A stretch of DNA of 32,000 bases from Deinococcus radiodurans R1 = ATCC 13939 = DSM 20539 (GTDB lineage Bacteria; Deinococcota; Deinococci; Deinococcales; Deinococcaceae). The translations under genes were made by a program, and so were the position numbers. Every line of letters starts with the position of its first letter. Within the stretch, counting starts at the first letter, position 1. Positions 1 through 10,757 of this stretch are shown here, piece after piece. Under the pieces are notes generated by a model. It ran no database searches and had not been told where the DNA came from. It saw nothing but the letters and a program-made list of their open reading frames with translations. Location of the stretch: the NCBI RefSeq assembly GCF_000008565.1, contig NC_001263.1, positions 2,293,347 through 2,325,346 on the forward strand. Direction: 5' to 3'.

Positions 1-674
1 GGGTGGCCCTGCTCGGCGAGGGCAAAAGCCTCGGCGGTAGACACCTCGCGGTTCAGGGCGTAGCTGGCATCCCGCGCAATGGCGGTGCCGCTCGCGACCG
101 CTTCGAGCGCCCCGTCGAGCCCCGCGCCGCTCACCGGGCCACCGGGCTGCACGGTGACGTGCCCGAGTTCGCCCGCTACGCCGTGTCGCCCGCGCCACAG
201 CCGGCCATGCAGGACCAGCCCCGCGCCGATGCCGGTGCTCACGGTCACGTAGATGCTGCTCTCGCTGCCCCGCGCCGCACCAAGATGGGCTTCAGCGAGC
301 GCGGCGGCCTTGGCGTCGTTTTCCAGCACCAGGGTTTGCGCGGCGGTGAGGTGCAGCCGTTCCCGCAGGCCGTCTATGAGCGGCACGTCGGTGAAGCCGT
401 AGATGTTGGGCGCGAACTTGACGCGGGTGCGCTCGGCATTCAGCGGGCCGGGCACGCCCACGCCGATGCTCTGGGCGCCCGGGTGAGCCGCCTGAAGTGC
501 CCGCACCTGCGCCGCCACCGCGTCGAGCACCGCTTCCCAGCCGGTTTCGGGGGTGGGCTGCACCTGCCGCTCGATAAGTTCTTCGCCCCGCAGCACGCCG
601 CAGGCGATTTTGGTGCCGCCCACATCCACGCCGATGCTCAGGGGGGCGGCGCCGCCGGAGACAGGCCGCGTCAT
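1..674 (-). CDS. ROK-family sugar kinase (glucokinase-like); 3' end runs off the window
   Basis: Absent from the ORF track because it has no stop in the window. My reverse-strand translation starts at the ATG (complement of 672-674) and reads MTRPVSGGAAPLSIGVDVGGTKIACGVL...LENDAKAAALAEAHLGAARG...YVTVSTGIGAGLVLHGRLWRGRHGVAGELGH. It shows the DVGGT phosphate-binding motif and ROK-type GxGxG...GELGH. The start overlaps the upstream stop as ATGA (671-674). Confidence 0.8.
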   Translation of the reverse strand, partial: MTRPVSGGAAPLSIGVDVGGTKIACGVLRGEELIERQVQPTPETGWEAVLDAVAAQVRALQAAHPGAQSIGVGVPGPLNAERTRVKFAPNIYGFTDVPLIDGLRERLHLTAAQTLVLENDAKAAALAEAHLGAARGSESSIYVTVSTGIGAGLVLHGRLWRGRHGVAGELGHVTVQPGGPVSGAGLDGALEAVASGTAIARDASYALNREVSTAEAFALAEQGH

Positions 675-967
675 GGTTCCCCCTGCGGCGGCTCGCCGGG
701 CGCGGGGCTGGGGTCTTCCCCGAGCAGTTCTAGGGCCTCGTCCCACTGCACCAGCGGCACGTACAGGCCCACATCGCCGAGGTAGCCGCCGGTTTCGATC
801 TCGATCACCGGGCTCGCCATCACCCACTGAAACGGCGTGCGAATCACGCTCACCACGCCGCCCTGCGACAGGGTGCGCCGCCAGCCCTCGGCGAGCAGGC
901 GCGGCAGGGTATCGAGCCGCACCCAGGGGTCGCCCTGGTACAGCACCCGGTCTTCAAAACGGGTCAT
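671..967 (-). CDS. small hypothetical protein (98 aa), possibly DUF2007-like
   Basis: Inner ATG of track ORF 671..1174; the N-terminal extension looks like high-GC noise. Sequence: MTRFEDRVLYQGDPWVRLD...GLYVPLVQWDEALELLGED. There are ATGA start/stop overlaps with both neighbours (964-967 and 671-674), which suggests translational coupling. Confidence 0.55.
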   Translation of the reverse strand: MTRFEDRVLYQGDPWVRLDTLPRLLAEGWRRTLSQGGVVSVIRTPFQWVMASPVIEIETGGYLGDVGLYVPLVQWDEALELLGEDPSPAPGEPPQGEP

Positions 968-1434
968 GCCGGGTTCGGGGAGTCCTGGCCGGGAACCAGC
1001 AGCCGCGACATGAGTTCGCGCAGTTCGGGCTCCAGCGGTTGGGGCCGCAGACCGCCCTCGCCCACGCGCACCTGCACCGTGCGCGAGTAGGCGCAGGGCT
1101 GGCCGTCGGCGACCATGCGGCACACCGTGGTCCACGACGTGTTGCCCAGGCGCTCGATCAGGGCCTCGACCCACACGTCCTGCCCCCAGCGGACCTCACG
1201 GCGGTAGTCGATTTCCTGGTGGGCGATCACCGAGCGGTCGAGGTGCGGCGGGATGCCCAGATCTTCCCAGACCAGCACGCGGGCGGTTTCGAAGTACTGC
1301 ACGTACACGGCGTTGTTCAGGTGCCCCATGGTGTCGAGGTCGGCGTAGCGCATCTGGATGCGGTGGCGCAGCGCGCGGCTCCAGTCGAGGGCTTCGTACA
1401 CCTCTTCGGGACGGGGACGAGAAGAAGCAGTCAT
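964..1434 (-). CDS. acyl-CoA thioesterase, hotdog fold (4HBT/YbgC-like)
   Basis: Track ORF 964..1461 trimmed to the ATG at 1432-1434 (MTASSRPRPEEVYE...). The motif RYADLDTMGHLNNAVYVQYFE is typical of 4HBT thioesterases. Confidence 0.7.
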   Translation of the reverse strand: MTASSRPRPEEVYEALDWSRALRHRIQMRYADLDTMGHLNNAVYVQYFETARVLVWEDLGIPPHLDRSVIAHQEIDYRREVRWGQDVWVEALIERLGNTSWTTVCRMVADGQPCAYSRTVQVRVGEGGLRPQPLEPELRELMSRLLVPGQDSPNPA

Positions 1435-1479
1435 GCCGGGTAGTGTAGGCGCCCGCCGCACGCCGGGAGTGACCCTGGT

Positions 1480-4050
1480 TCAGTCCTCTGAGAGTGACTG
1501 CCGGGGTGACTCCTGGCGTGCTTGCTGGGATGACGGTGACTGTGTGGGCCACGGCGAGTCTGGAGCGCCCGCCGGGAGCAGCGCGGCGGCCTCGGCGGGC
1601 GGCAGCGGACGGGCCAGCCAGTAGCCCTGCGCCTCGTCGCAGCCCATGCCGCACAGCAGGTCGTACTGCTCGGCGGTCTCCACGCCCTCGGCCACCACCC
1701 GCATCTGGAGGTTGTGGGCGAGGCGCACCATGACTTCGATGAACTGCTGCGAGGCAGCGAACTGCTCGGACGCGGCGCTGAGGTCCTGCAAGAACTCGCG
1801 GTCGATCTTGAGCAGGCCGAAGGGCAGGCTCTTGAGCATGCTCAGGCTGCTGTAGCCGGTGCCGAAATCGTCCATGGCGACCTTGACCCCGAGGGCCTGC
1901 AACTCGCGCAGCGTCTGCTTGGCGAGGCGCGGGTCGCGGTGCACCATGCTCTCGGTGAGTTCAAGGACCAGGCTGTGCCCCGGCAGGCCGTGCTGCTCCA
2001 GGCAGGCGCGCACCCCGGCGACGAAATCCGACTGCTCGAACTGCAACGCCGAGACGTTGACGGCCATCGTCAGGCCGCGCTCGGGCAACTGCCACGCCCG
2101 CGCCTGCCGGCAGGCCTCATCCAGTACCCAGCGCCCGAGTTCGAGAATCAGGCGGCTTTCCTCGGCGAGCGCGATAAAGCGGTCAGGGGGAATCATGCCG
2201 CGCTTGGGGTGCGGCCAGCGCACCAGGGCTTCGAACCCGCTCAGACGCTGGCCTGGCAGCAGAAATATGCCCTGGTAGTGCAGCTGCAACTGACCGTGCC
2301 GCACGGCGTGGCGCAGGTCCTGGCTGAGCATCCGCCTTTCCTCCTCCTCGGCGCTCATGTCGCCAGCAAAGGCGACGGCCATGTTGCGGCCCTGGGCTTT
2401 GGCCTGAAACAGCGCCAGATCGGCGCGTTTCTGGAGCAGTTCGACGTCGCCGCCGTCCTGCGGGGCCACCACGTAGCCGAGCGACACCGTAGGCACGACC
2501 AGTTCGGTGCCGCATACGCAAGGTTCGCGCAACTGTTGCAGCAGCCGCTCGGCCACCAGCCGCAGGTCGCCGGGGGACGCCAGATCGCTGAGCAGCATCA
2601 CGAATTCGTCGCCGCTCAGCCGGCCCACGAGGTCGCCGGGCCGCACCGCCTCGCACAGGCGGCGGGCAAGTTCGGTAATGAGCAGGTCGCCCACCGCGTA
2701 CCCGAAGCGGTCGTTGATCGCCTTGAGGTGGTCGATATCGGCCACGATCAGCCCCAGCGAGCGCCCCGGTGCCAGGAGGTCCAGCGCCTGCCGGGCACGC
2801 GTGTAGAAAAACGAGCGGTTGGCGAGCCCGGTGAGCTGGTCGTGCGAGGCCTGGCGACTGAGTTCCACCCGCGTCTCGCGCAGCGCCGAGGCCGCCTGGG
2901 CGCGCTCGTTCCGGCGCTTGCGCTGCAACTCGGCCTCGCGCCGCAGCACCTCGTAGCGAATCTGCTCGGCCAGCAGGCCCGCGCGCTGCTCGGCCAGCCG
3001 CGCCCGGTGCTGTTGCTCGAGCTCCCGCTGCTCCCGCAGACACCGCAGGGCCTGCGCCGGGTCACCGAGTTGCTCATACAGCCGCGACTGGCTGCCCCGC
3101 ACCCGCGCGAGCAGCGGGGGCGTGTTCGCCAGCTCCTCGGCGCGGCCCAACCCCTCGCGGGCCTGAGCCAGGTCGCCGCGCACCAGGGCTGCTTCGCCCA
3201 GCACCCACGCGGCGGCGCCCGGCACGGTGTGCTCGAGGGGAGCCGCGAGGGCCTGTGCCTGCTCGGCGTGTCGGGGAGCCGCGAGGGCCTGTGCCTGCTC
3301 GGCGTGTCGCCGGCTGGCGTCCAGCTCCCCCAGCGCCAATTGGGTCAGCGCCTGCTGCAACTGAACCTGGGCTTCGAGCTGCGGGAGGCCCACCTCCTGG
3401 CACACCGCGAGGGCCTGCGCGGCCAGTTCCTGACTTTCAGCGTACTCGCCGAGCTGATGCAGCGTCCGCGCCAGCCCTACCTGCACCGCAGCGGTGACCG
3501 GGCGGGCCGCAGGCAGCTGTGCCAAGCCCGCGCGGTAGAAGAGCAGCGCCTGCGGATACTCCTCGAGCCGCTCCAGCAGGTCGCCGACCCGCCCCAGCAG
3601 CCGCCCCTGTCCGGGCGTGTCCCCCAGGGCGTGCAGCAGGTACAGGCTCCGGCGCAGCAGCCACGCCGCCTGCTTCACGTCGCCCTGACGGCCCCGCACC
3701 ACGCCGAGCACCTCGAGGCAGCGGGCCTCCAGCGAGCGCAGGCCCAGGTCGTGGGCAAGGCGGCGCCCGGTTTCGGCGTGGTTGGCGGCGGCGCCGTCCT
3801 CCCCGAGCAGCACGGCGCAGCGTGAGAGCAGTTGCAGCGCGGTGGCCTGGGCCGCCAGTTCGGACGGCCCCGGGCAGGAGTCTGGGGCAGGCGACGCTGG
3901 AGAGGGGACCGCGGCGCTCAGGCCCGGCCACAGCGCCAGCACTTCGGCGTAGACCTCGGCGGGACGGGCAAGAATCTGCGTTTCGAGCACCTCCAACCGG
4001 GCCACCCGCTCCGCTCTCGGCCAGTTTGGACTCCCTTGGGACGTGGACAC
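1480..4050 (-). CDS. TPR-like N-terminal region, coiled coil, GGDEF (SGDEF variant) and EAL domain protein (c-di-GMP turnover)
   Basis: 856-aa ORF. SGDEF is at complement 2602-2616, and RPGD (an RxxD I-site) lies 5 residues upstream at 2632-2643. The EAL domain shows FEALVRW...DDFGTGYSSL...KIDREF...EGVET. The N-terminus is Leu/Ala-rich and TPR-like. Confidence 0.9.
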   Translation of the reverse strand: MSTSQGSPNWPRAERVARLEVLETQILARPAEVYAEVLALWPGLSAAVPSPASPAPDSCPGPSELAAQATALQLLSRCAVLLGEDGAAANHAETGRRLAHDLGLRSLEARCLEVLGVVRGRQGDVKQAAWLLRRSLYLLHALGDTPGQGRLLGRVGDLLERLEEYPQALLFYRAGLAQLPAARPVTAAVQVGLARTLHQLGEYAESQELAAQALAVCQEVGLPQLEAQVQLQQALTQLALGELDASRRHAEQAQALAAPRHAEQAQALAAPLEHTVPGAAAWVLGEAALVRGDLAQAREGLGRAEELANTPPLLARVRGSQSRLYEQLGDPAQALRCLREQRELEQQHRARLAEQRAGLLAEQIRYEVLRREAELQRKRRNERAQAASALRETRVELSRQASHDQLTGLANRSFFYTRARQALDLLAPGRSLGLIVADIDHLKAINDRFGYAVGDLLITELARRLCEAVRPGDLVGRLSGDEFVMLLSDLASPGDLRLVAERLLQQLREPCVCGTELVVPTVSLGYVVAPQDGGDVELLQKRADLALFQAKAQGRNMAVAFAGDMSAEEEERRMLSQDLRHAVRHGQLQLHYQGIFLLPGQRLSGFEALVRWPHPKRGMIPPDRFIALAEESRLILELGRWVLDEACRQARAWQLPERGLTMAVNVSALQFEQSDFVAGVRACLEQHGLPGHSLVLELTESMVHRDPRLAKQTLRELQALGVKVAMDDFGTGYSSLSMLKSLPFGLLKIDREFLQDLSAASEQFAASQQFIEVMVRLAHNLQMRVVAEGVETAEQYDLLCGMGCDEAQGYWLARPLPPAEAAALLPAGAPDSPWPTQSPSSQQARQESPRQSLSED
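3237..3308. repeat. perfect 2 x 36-bp tandem duplication inside the GGDEF-EAL gene
   Basis: ggggagccgcgagggcctgtgcctgctcggcgtgtc occurs at 3237-3272 and again at 3273-3308. It is in frame and encodes RHAEQAQALAAP twice. Confidence 0.95.
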
Positions 4051-4156
4051 GCTGTCATGTTAGGAGATGTGCTCACACGAAAAGGTCATTTTTTTCACGT
4101 CATGGGGGGTAGAAACACCCCCTCCTGTGGGGGAGGTCCGCGCTAGACTTGCCCTT

Positions 4157-6829
<2,673 letters not shown>

Positions 6830-6860
6830 GCGTTGATGGTAGATAGGTGATGGATGATAG

Positions 6861-6892
6861 AAAAAGGCTGGGGCGTTGGCTCCAGCTTTTTT
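6861..6892 (+). terminator. rho-independent terminator after alaS
   Basis: aaaaaggctgg / ccagctttttt stem (6861-6871 pairs with 6882-6892), 10-nt loop, and a T-run at 6887-6892. Confidence 0.7.
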
Positions 6893-6904
6893 GTGGAGGG
6901 AGTG

Positions 6905-7498
6905 GTGGAAGAGTTCCTGAGCCAGCTGGACGACCTGGACGACGCCGTGTCCAGCGTCAGCCTGAGCGCGGCGCAGCTTACAGGCGACAACCTGCATCTC
7001 ACTTTCCGACTCGCGGGCCAGACGTGGGACGGCACAGACATCACGCAAAGCTGGCAAGTGACCGCGCAGGGCGTCGCAGAACACCGCTTGAGTTTGGGCG
7101 AATGCGGCAGGTGGCCTGAACTGCTCTCTGCCTCCCCGCGTCTGCTGGTCGCACAGGCGCCGTGGCGGAAGCTGATGTTCTCCACCGCCCCGGCGGATGC
7201 AGCGGCTTTCCTTTCCGACCTCCGCGCCGTCCACGACGACGAGAAGTGGGACACCTTCGGCAAATACGGTCTGGGCGGGCAACTCGACTTGGGCTACGGC
7301 GTATTTGCCGACGGCCCCGCGCCCCTACTGGAGCTGTACCACCCAGTTTTGGAGGCGCACCGAATGCGGCCTAGTTGGCTGCCATCTGCCCCCCGGCCTA
7401 CGCCGCCGCGTAAGTGCTTGCATCTGGGCGGCACGGTTTGGAAAGACGACCTGTATATGCTGGCACAGGCGTTTGTCGCCACCCAACAACCGCTCTAG
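6905..7498 (+). CDS. hypothetical protein
   Basis: Track ORF 6854..7498. Its first 13 codons overlap the alaS terminator hairpin, so I moved the start to an in-frame GTG (6905; alternatives 6893 and 6902) preceded by GGAGG at 6895-6899. Third-position GC is coding-like. No recognisable domain. Confidence 0.55.
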   Translation: MEEFLSQLDDLDDAVSSVSLSAAQLTGDNLHLTFRLAGQTWDGTDITQSWQVTAQGVAEHRLSLGECGRWPELLSASPRLLVAQAPWRKLMFSTAPADAAAFLSDLRAVHDDEKWDTFGKYGLGGQLDLGYGVFADGPAPLLELYHPVLEAHRMRPSWLPSAPRPTPPRKCLHLGGTVWKDDLYMLAQAFVATQQPL

Positions 7499-7531
7499 CG
7501 ATGAATCAGGCCACGTCCGTTACAGTGGCTC

Positions 7532-8020
7532 ATGTCTGAAACTCAGCACTGGTTGGACGGCATCGTGGATATCTTGCGCGAGGCGTTGGAAGGCGGCGAG
7601 CCGGGGCAGGGCACCGCTTTCGTGGAAAATACGGGCGCTGACGGCGTGCGTTATGGGCTGTTGCCCACGCTCGCCCGGCTGAGCGCGGCCCAGGCCAGTC
7701 AGGAGGTGTACGGCACCAGCGTGGCGGGGCACGCCCGGCACACCGCTTTTCATTTGGAGGTGCTGATTCGCTGGGACCGCGACGGCGAGCGCGGGCCTTT
7801 CGACTGGAAAGGCAGTTTCTTGCCCATGCAGACCAGCGAAGAGGAGTGGCCGGCGGTGCAGCAGCGGCTGCGCGACGCTTACGAAGCCGTCGTCGCTTTT
7901 GAAGCCTCGCAGCGGAGTCAGGCCCCGAACGGCGACCTGAGCGGCAGCTTTGCGGGCGCGGCGGCCCACGCGGCGTACCATCTGGGCGCCATCCGGCAGC
8001 TGATCAAAGTGGTGGCCTAA
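7532..8020 (+). CDS. DinB-family (DinB_2) metal-dependent four-helix-bundle protein
   Basis: 162 aa with conserved His residues (HARHTAFHLEVL ... AAHAAYHLGAIRQL), typical of the DinB superfamily that is expanded in Deinococcus. Confidence 0.7.
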   Translation: MSETQHWLDGIVDILREALEGGEPGQGTAFVENTGADGVRYGLLPTLARLSAAQASQEVYGTSVAGHARHTAFHLEVLIRWDRDGERGPFDWKGSFLPMQTSEEEWPAVQQRLRDAYEAVVAFEASQRSQAPNGDLSGSFAGAAAHAAYHLGAIRQLIKVVA

Positions 8021-8625
8021 CGCTCAAGCTCCTTTCCCAGCACCCGGAAAAACTCCGCCACATGCCAGCCGTCGCACGCCGCGTGGTTCGCCTGCACCGC
8101 CAGCGGCAACGTGACCTGCCCGGCCTCCTCACTGAAGCGCCCCGCCGTGAACACCGGCAGCAGGTAGTCGCGCCCGTAGTCCAGATTGAACGCTGCAAAG
8201 TCCAGCCAGGGCGCAATGGACAGGTTGACCACGTGCGCCGGGGCCGGGCCTTTGGGGAAGAAGGCGGGGTCGTCGCCGTAGCGTTCTACGTCCGCCCGGT
8301 ACTGCGTCAGAAAGTCTGCGAAATCGGGTGAATAGTCCGTCCAGAGCACTGAAAATGTCCCAGTAGACGGGTGAAAGACCGTGTAGGCCGGGCACACCTC
8401 GTCCCAGTACCCCGGCACGCCGCCTTGCTCGGTCATCCGTAGGGCAGGCAGCCGGTTGACCGTGCGGCAGACGGCATGAATCAGCGCCGGGGCGAAGGGC
8501 CGCCCGGAGCGGCGCAGCGCCGTCACGTCTACCCGCTGCGTGACCGAGTAGCTGCACGGGTTGCGGCGGTAGTGCGCGTAAGCCTCGCGGCGCGGCCAGT
8601 CGGCGGGAAAGGGGCAGAAGATCAT
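8017..8625 (-). CDS. chloramphenicol acetyltransferase (CAT) family protein
   Basis: Track ORF 8017..8703 trimmed to the ATG at 8623-8625 (MIFCPFPADWPRREAYAHY...). The upstream extension lies inside a repeat element. The active-site motif NHAACDGWH resembles canonical HHAVCDGFH with the catalytic His retained. It converges on the DinB gene and overlaps it by 4 nt. Confidence 0.75.
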   Translation of the reverse strand: MIFCPFPADWPRREAYAHYRRNPCSYSVTQRVDVTALRRSGRPFAPALIHAVCRTVNRLPALRMTEQGGVPGYWDEVCPAYTVFHPSTGTFSVLWTDYSPDFADFLTQYRADVERYGDDPAFFPKGPAPAHVVNLSIAPWLDFAAFNLDYGRDYLLPVFTAGRFSEEAGQVTLPLAVQANHAACDGWHVAEFFRVLGKELER

Positions 8626-8663
8626 GGGTTGAGGGTAACGGTTCACCTTTTGATGGTGGGGAT

Positions 8664-8689
8664 AATAAAAAATCCGCCCTCTCGGACGG
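8664..8689 (-). terminator. hairpin plus U-run carried by repeat copy A (candidate terminator for the MFS gene upstream on the minus strand)
   Basis: On the minus strand, ccgtccgagagggcgg (5 GC pairs, 1 mismatch, tetraloop; 8689-8674) is followed by attttttatt (8673-8664). Confidence 0.5.
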
Positions 8690-8758
8690 TGATAGAAAAA
8701 CAATAACGCGGTATGCAGCCTGTGTCAAATTTATGCTGAGGCCCAGAAAAGGCACGTC
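8664..8758 (+). repeat. ~95-bp small intergenic repeat, family 2, copy A
   Basis: aataaaaaatccgccctctcggacggtgata...aataacgcggtatgca...tgtcaa...agaaaa..cgtc. It is near-identical over its first ~60 nt to 10732-10826, in the same orientation. Confidence 0.85.
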
Positions 8759-8803
8759 CAGAACGATGTTCTTTCTCCACACACAAGCACGCCATACATT
8801 GCT

Positions 8804-9994
8804 CTACCGTCTTCCACGTAATAGCGCCCCCAAACCCAGCAGGAGCAACACCACCCCGGTCCCCTGCAAGACGCCTGACAGTCCCAGCGCTGGCAGCGTC
8901 GCCGTCGCCAGCCCCAAACCCAACGGCGCGGCCCCAGCCAACAGGCTCGACACTGCGCCGAGCACGGCGCCGCGGCTCGTGGCAGGAGCCCCTTCCTGCA
9001 ATTGCGTCATGGCCGCGATGGAGGCCACCGCCACCGCTGAGCCGCCCAGCAGTAACAGACCCGCGCTGACCGGCAACGTGCCCGCGACGCTCAGGCCCAG
9101 GCGAACCGCGCCCGCCACCAGGACCGCGAGCCCCAGCCCGGCCAGGCCACGGGGCCGCACCCCCAGCAGCGCCAGCCCGCCCCCGAGCACGAACCCGGCA
9201 CCGAAGGCGGCCTCTAACGCCCCCAGCGCCTGCGGACCCAGCTGCAACTGGTCATGCACCAGCGACGGAAGCAGCGCCGGCATGGGCGCGGCGAAGGTAA
9301 TGAAGGCGCACACCAGCACCACCAGTTGCCGCAGGTCCAGCGATAGCTGACACCACAGCTCGCTGAGGCTGGAGCGAGGGATGCCGGGCGACGTAGGCAC
9401 CACTACCCGCGCCGGCCAGCGGGTCAGCGGCACCAGCAGGAAACACAGCAGATACGCGAACAGACCCACCGTCGCCGCCGCGCCCACGCCCCAGCTGGCG
9501 AGCACGCCGCCGAGCAGCGCCCCACCGATGCTGCCGGCACTCATCAGCAACTGGTGCAGGGCATTGATGCGGCCAAGTTCTCCTTCCCCCGCGAGTTCGG
9601 GCAAGGAAGCGAGAAAAGCAGGTTCGTCAAAAGTCAGGGCCACATTCAGCAGCACGCCCGCCAGGAGCAGCGGCACGGTCAGCGCTGCGGCTGTTCCTTC
9701 CGCGAGCCACACCACCCCGCCCAGCACGCCCGCGCAGGCGAGCGGCGCCAGGATCAAGATGCCTTTGCGGTCCACCCGGTCGGCCAGTCGGCCCGCCGGC
9801 ACACCCAGGAGTAACACCGGCAGGGCGAAAAGGGCACCGGCCAGCGCCAGCAGGCGGTCATCGCCTCCCCCGGCCTTCAGCGTCCACAGCGCCGCCACGC
9901 TGTATGCCGCGCTGCCCATCACTCCCAAGCACTGAGCAGCAAGCAAAAGAGGCAGCGGCGTCACTACGTCCAGAGTCCGGCGAACTGTCGTCAT
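8804..9994 (-). CDS. MFS transporter
   Basis: 396 aa, about 12 hydrophobic segments, with a GRLADRVDRK loop motif between TM2 and TM3. Confidence 0.85.
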   Translation of the reverse strand: MTTVRRTLDVVTPLPLLLAAQCLGVMGSAAYSVAALWTLKAGGGDDRLLALAGALFALPVLLLGVPAGRLADRVDRKGILILAPLACAGVLGGVVWLAEGTAAALTVPLLLAGVLLNVALTFDEPAFLASLPELAGEGELGRINALHQLLMSAGSIGGALLGGVLASWGVGAAATVGLFAYLLCFLLVPLTRWPARVVVPTSPGIPRSSLSELWCQLSLDLRQLVVLVCAFITFAAPMPALLPSLVHDQLQLGPQALGALEAAFGAGFVLGGGLALLGVRPRGLAGLGLAVLVAGAVRLGLSVAGTLPVSAGLLLLGGSAVAVASIAAMTQLQEGAPATSRGAVLGAVSSLLAGAAPLGLGLATATLPALGLSGVLQGTGVVLLLLGLGALLRGRR

Positions 9995-10023
9995 GCCAGC
10001 AGCGTGGGGCTAGGCTACTGGAA

Positions 10024-10725
10024 ATGTCAGATTCCTTTTCCACTAGCTCGCCCGCACCGGCTTGCTCAAGCGAGTGCGAGTGCCTGACCGTGACCGACGC
10101 TCGGCAGGCCGCCGCCATGATTCACCCCGAGTTCAGCCCCCTGATGGACGCCCTGACTGGACGCGAAGCGAGCGTGGGTGCCCTGGCACGCGAGCTGGAC
10201 TGGCCGCTGGACACTGCCCACTACCGGGTCAAGAAACTGCTGCGGCTTGGACTGCTGCGCGTGGTGCGCGAGGAAAAACGGGCCGGACGCCCGGTCAAGG
10301 TCTACCGCGCGGTGGCCGACGCCTTTTTTCTGCCCTACTCGTCGTTTACCCACGCCACGCTGGAAGAGAAGTTCCTGCGCCACGAACTGCAGGTGGCCCG
10401 CTCGCTGGTCCGCAGCTACGTGCGGTTGCTGCACGACACGTTCCCACAGCCCGGCACCCTCGGCCCTTACCTCTTCCGCGACGAGGCCGGGCACCTGCAA
10501 GAAGACCTCGCCGCAGCGCCGGGAAAGCTGCTGGACCTCGCTGCCGCCTTTCCCACGACCACCGAACACCTGCGTTCCTTGACGCTGACCGACGCCGAAG
10601 CCCGGCACCTCCGCGACGTTCTGGACGCCCTGGCGGCAGAGTTTCCCCGACGCCGCGCCGGGCAGCCACTCACGCACATGCTGCGGCTGTGGCTCGTTCC
10701 CGCCCGCGAGGAGGACTGGCAGTAG
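10024..10725 (+). CDS. winged-HTH transcriptional regulator (ArsR/HTH_20-like), divergent from the MFS gene
   Basis: Track ORF 9904..10725 trimmed to ATG 10024. An alternative start at ATG 10117 (MIHPEFSPLMDAL...) is equally plausible. The wHTH region reads SVGALARELDWPLDTAHYRVKKLLRLGLLRVV. Confidence 0.6.
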   Translation: MSDSFSTSSPAPACSSECECLTVTDARQAAAMIHPEFSPLMDALTGREASVGALARELDWPLDTAHYRVKKLLRLGLLRVVREEKRAGRPVKVYRAVADAFFLPYSSFTHATLEEKFLRHELQVARSLVRSYVRLLHDTFPQPGTLGPYLFRDEAGHLQEDLAAAPGKLLDLAAAFPTTTEHLRSLTLTDAEARHLRDVLDALAAEFPRRRAGQPLTHMLRLWLVPAREEDWQ

Positions 10726-10731
10726 GGCAGC

Positions 10732-10757
10732 AATAAAAAATCCGCCCTCTCGGACGG
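10732..10757 (-). terminator. hairpin plus U-run carried by repeat copy B (candidate terminator for the MerR gene)
   Basis: Same ccgtccgagagggcgg hairpin (10757-10742) followed by attttttatt (10741-10732) on the minus strand, 80 nt after the MerR stop. Confidence 0.5.

Noticed and set aside
3-785. 260-aa plus-strand ORF at the left edge.
   Set aside because: The opposite strand encodes a ROK kinase with a DVGGT motif and an ATGA-coupled upstream gene. The plus-strand ORF is low-complexity.
3237-3308. Whether the 36-bp direct repeats could be a CRISPR array.
   Set aside because: There are only two units with no spacer between them, they lie in frame inside a coding sequence, and no cas genes are nearby.
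1714-3825. 703-aa plus-strand ORF opposite the GGDEF-EAL gene.
   Set aside because: The minus strand carries clear GGDEF/EAL motifs. The plus-strand product is compositionally biased (Q/A/L/G/R) and lacks any signature.
4051-4156. T-box riboswitch upstream of alaS.
   Set aside because: The leader is only about 105 nt, it has no T-box consensus sequence (the AATTAGGGTGGTACCGCG-like motif), and it lacks a terminator/antiterminator with a U-run.
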